NCBI GenBank assembly: GCA_012295275.1
Contig: CM022672.1
Coordinates: 9,672,001 to 9,736,000, forward strand
DNA from: Chrysomallon squamiferum
Taxonomy: Eukaryota > Animalia > Mollusca
Direction: 5' to 3'
DNA length: 64,000 bases
A program made the position numbers and the translations under genes. Shown piece after piece: positions 61,101 to 64,000 of this stretch (position 1 is its first letter; every line of letters begins with the position of its first letter). A model generated the notes under the pieces. It did no database searches and had not been told where the DNA came from. It saw only the letters and a program-made list of their open reading frames with translations.

Positions 61101-64000
61101 GTTACAGCCCTTATGTGAGATGTGTTCACCGATATCTTTTCAGCTATCCCCTTCTGTGAGCAATTATTGCGCAGAAGCAGAACAAGAGATACATAATTAG
61201 AGCAGATTTGTACATGTGTAAAAGTGACTTTCTACTTCTTTTTCTTTACTATGCAAAAGCATTTAAATGCCAGTTTTAATGACATAATGTAAAATACAAT
61301 TAAATAGTTAATAGTTCATTTACTTACTCTGGTGGTTTCTGATTAACATGTGAAAGTAGTCTTACTACTGAGGTTTATTTATTCATTAATTTTTGCACTT
61401 CCATATCCATATATTAACTACTTGACAAGTCTCCCTCACAAGTCTTCAGTCGCTTCAAATTTGGTTAAATAAAAAGTCATTAAATATTTTGTTTTGAACA
61501 GTCATGTTGCTTGAAAACTGCTGATATTTTTCGTCCTGTTTTCCTATCGTTTTAGTACCAGTTATTTATTTGTTTATGCTACCCCCTTTCTCTGAGAGAT
61601 GTTCACTGATATATTTAGAGTTACAGCCCTTATGTGAGAGGTGTTCACCGATATAAATAGAGTTACAGCCCTTATGTGAGAGGTGTTCACCGATATATTT
61701 AGAGTTACAGCCCTTATGTGAGAGGTGTTCACCGATATATTTAGAGTTACAGCCCTTATGTGAGAGGTGTTCACCGATATATTTAGAGTTACAGCCCTTA
61801 TGTGAGATGTGTTCACCGATATAAATAGAGTTACAGCCCTTATGTGAGAGGTGTTCACCGATATATTTAGAGTTACAGCCCTTATGTGAGATGTGTTCAC
61901 CGATATAAATAGAGTTACAGCCCTTATGTGAGAGGTGTTCACCGATATATTTAGAGTTACAGCCCTTATGTGAGATGTGTTCACCGATATAAATAGAGTT
62001 ACAGCCCTTATGTGAGATGTGTTCACCGATATATTTAGAGTTACAGCCCTTATGTGAGATGTTCACCGATATATTTAGAGTTACAGCCCTTATGTGAGAT
62101 GTGTTCACCGATATAAATAGAGTTACAGCCCTTATGTGAGAGGTGTTCCGAAATATATTTACACCGGGATGTGTTCACCGATTAAATAGAGTTACAGCCC
62201 TATACCGATATATTTAGAGTTACAGCCCTTATGTGAGATGTGTTCACCGATATAAATAGAGTTACAGCCCTTATGTGAGATGTGTTCACCGATATAAATA
62301 GAGTTACAGCCCTTATGTGAGATGTGTTCACCGATATAAATAGAGTTACAGCCCTTATGTGAGATGTGTTCACCGATATCTTTTCAGCTATCCCCTTCTG
62401 TGAGCAATTATTGCGCAGAAGCAGAACAAGAGATACATAATTAGAGCAGATTTGTACATGTGTAAAAGTGACTTTCTACTTCTTTTTCTTTACTATGCAA
62501 AAGCATTTAAATGCCAGTTTTAATGACATAATGTAAAATACAATTAAATAGTTAATAGTTCATTTACTTACTCTGGTGGTTTTTGATTAACATGTGAAAG
62601 TAGTCTTATTACTGAGGTTTATTTATTCATTAATTTTTGCACTTCCATATCCATATATTAACTACTTGACAAGTCTCCCTCACAAGTCTTCAGTCCTTCA
62701 AATTTGGTTAAATAAAAAGTCATTAAATATTTTGTTTTGAACAGTCATGTTGCTTGAAAACTGCTGATATTTTTCGTCCTGTTTTCCTATCGTTTTAGTA
62801 CCAGTTATTTATTTGTTTATGCTACCCCTTTCTCTGAGAGATGTTCACTGATATATTTAGAGTTACAGCCCTTATGTGAGAGGTGTTCACCGATATAAAT
62901 AGAGTTACAGCCCTTATGTGAGATGTGTTCACCGATATATTTAGAGTTACAGCCCTTATGTGAGATGTGTTCACCGATATAAATTAGAGTTACAGCCCTT
63001 ATGTGAGATGTGTTCACCGATATAAATAGAGTTACAGCCCTTATGTGAGATGTGTTCACCGATATAAATAGAGTTACAGCCCTTATGTGAGATGTGTTCA
63101 CCGATATAAATAGAGTTACAGCCCTTATGTGAGATGAGTTCACCGATATCTTTTCAGCTATCCCCTTCTGTGAGCAATTATTGCGCAGAAGCAGAACAAG
63201 AGATACATAATTAGAGCAGATTTGTACATGTGTAAAAGTGACTTTCTACTTCTTTTTCTTTACTATGCAAAAGCATTTAAATGCCAGTTTTAATGACATA
63301 ATGTAAAATACAATTAAATAGTTAATAGTTCATTTACTTACTCTGGTGGTTTCTGATTAACATGTGAAAGTAGTCTTACTACTGAGGTTTATTTATTCAT
63401 TAATTTTTGCACTTCCATATCCGTATATTAACTACTTGACAAGTCTCCCTCACAAGTCTTCAGTCGCTTCAAATTTGGTTAAATAAAAAGTCATTAAATA
63501 TTTTGTTTTGAACAGTCATGTTGCTTGAAAACTGCTGATATTTTTCGTCCTGTTTTCCTATCGTTTTAGTACCAGTTATTTATTTGTTTATGCTATCCCC
63601 TTTCTCTGAGAGATGTTCACTGATATATTTAGAGTTACAGCCCTTATGTGAGAGGTGTTCACCGATATAAATAGAGTTACAGCCCTTATGTGAGAGGTGT
63701 TCACCGATATAAATAGAGTTACAGCCCTTATGTGAGAGTGTTCACCGATATAAATAGTTCACCCTTATGATGTTCATATAATAGTGAGATGTTTCACATA
63801 TAAATAGAGTTACAGCCCTTTTGTGAGAGGTGTTCCTTATATTTAGTTATGTGAGATGTGTTCACCGATATATTTAGAGTTACAGCCCTTATGTGAGATG
63901 TGTTCACCGATATAAATAGAGTTACAGCCCTTATGAGATGTGTTCACCGATATGTTCACCCTTATATATCTTTTCAGCTATCCCCTTCTGTGAGCAATTA
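55190..64000. repeat. Composite satellite: variable-length arrays of a 42-bp unit (TAGAGTTACAGCCCTTATGTGAGA[G/T]GTGTTCACCGATATA[TT/AA]) separated by a conserved ~435-bp spacer
   Basis: Spacer marker GAGCAATTATTGCGCAG at 56245, 57352, 58414, 59816, 61158, 62402, 63172 and, cut by the window end, 63992; macro-periods 770-1402 bp. Confidence 0.97.

Noticed and set aside
55633-63143. Long minus-strand ORFs with (NTSHIRAVTLNISV)n or (HKGCNSKYIGEHLS)n repeats, and a plus-strand ELQPLCERCSPIYL frame
   Set aside because: These are by-products of a 42-bp (3n) satellite. Two overlapping frames are open, indels switch frames, and the TATAAAT variant puts stops in the plus frame.
62140-63990. Irregular, scrambled satellite monomers
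   Set aside because: Clustered small indels look like consensus or assembly noise rather than biology.
55660-64000. CRISPR-like appearance of the 42-bp arrays
   Set aside because: Repeats are head-to-tail with no unique spacers, there are no cas genes, and the context is eukaryotic.

Overview
AT-rich, microsatellite-rich eukaryotic DNA, most likely an invertebrate (mollusc-like is an inference only). Most of the window (~4.8-54.2 kb, + strand) is one large gene for a secreted modular protein. I reconstructed it by hand from GT-AG boundaries: TATA box, a non-coding exon, a signal-peptide exon, then about 54 further coding exons, every one symmetric phase 1-1. They encode 6 chitin-binding type-2 (CBM14/peritrophin-A)-like modules in three A+B pairs, 44 EGF/cbEGF modules and 4 short linker/micro-exons, giving at least ~2,200 aa. 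I found no stop codon, so the gene probably continues past the window. It is growing by nested tandem duplication: a 14-kb array of 16 near-identical ~840-bp exon+intron units plus a broken 17th, a multi-exon block duplication, a ~4.5-5 kb triplication, and many dead or collapsed exons. One intron carries a Merlin (IS1595-like) transposase remnant. The last ~9 kb is a composite satellite of variable 42-bp arrays separated by a conserved ~435-bp spacer. Most ORFs in the supplied track are simple-repeat or wrong-frame artefacts.
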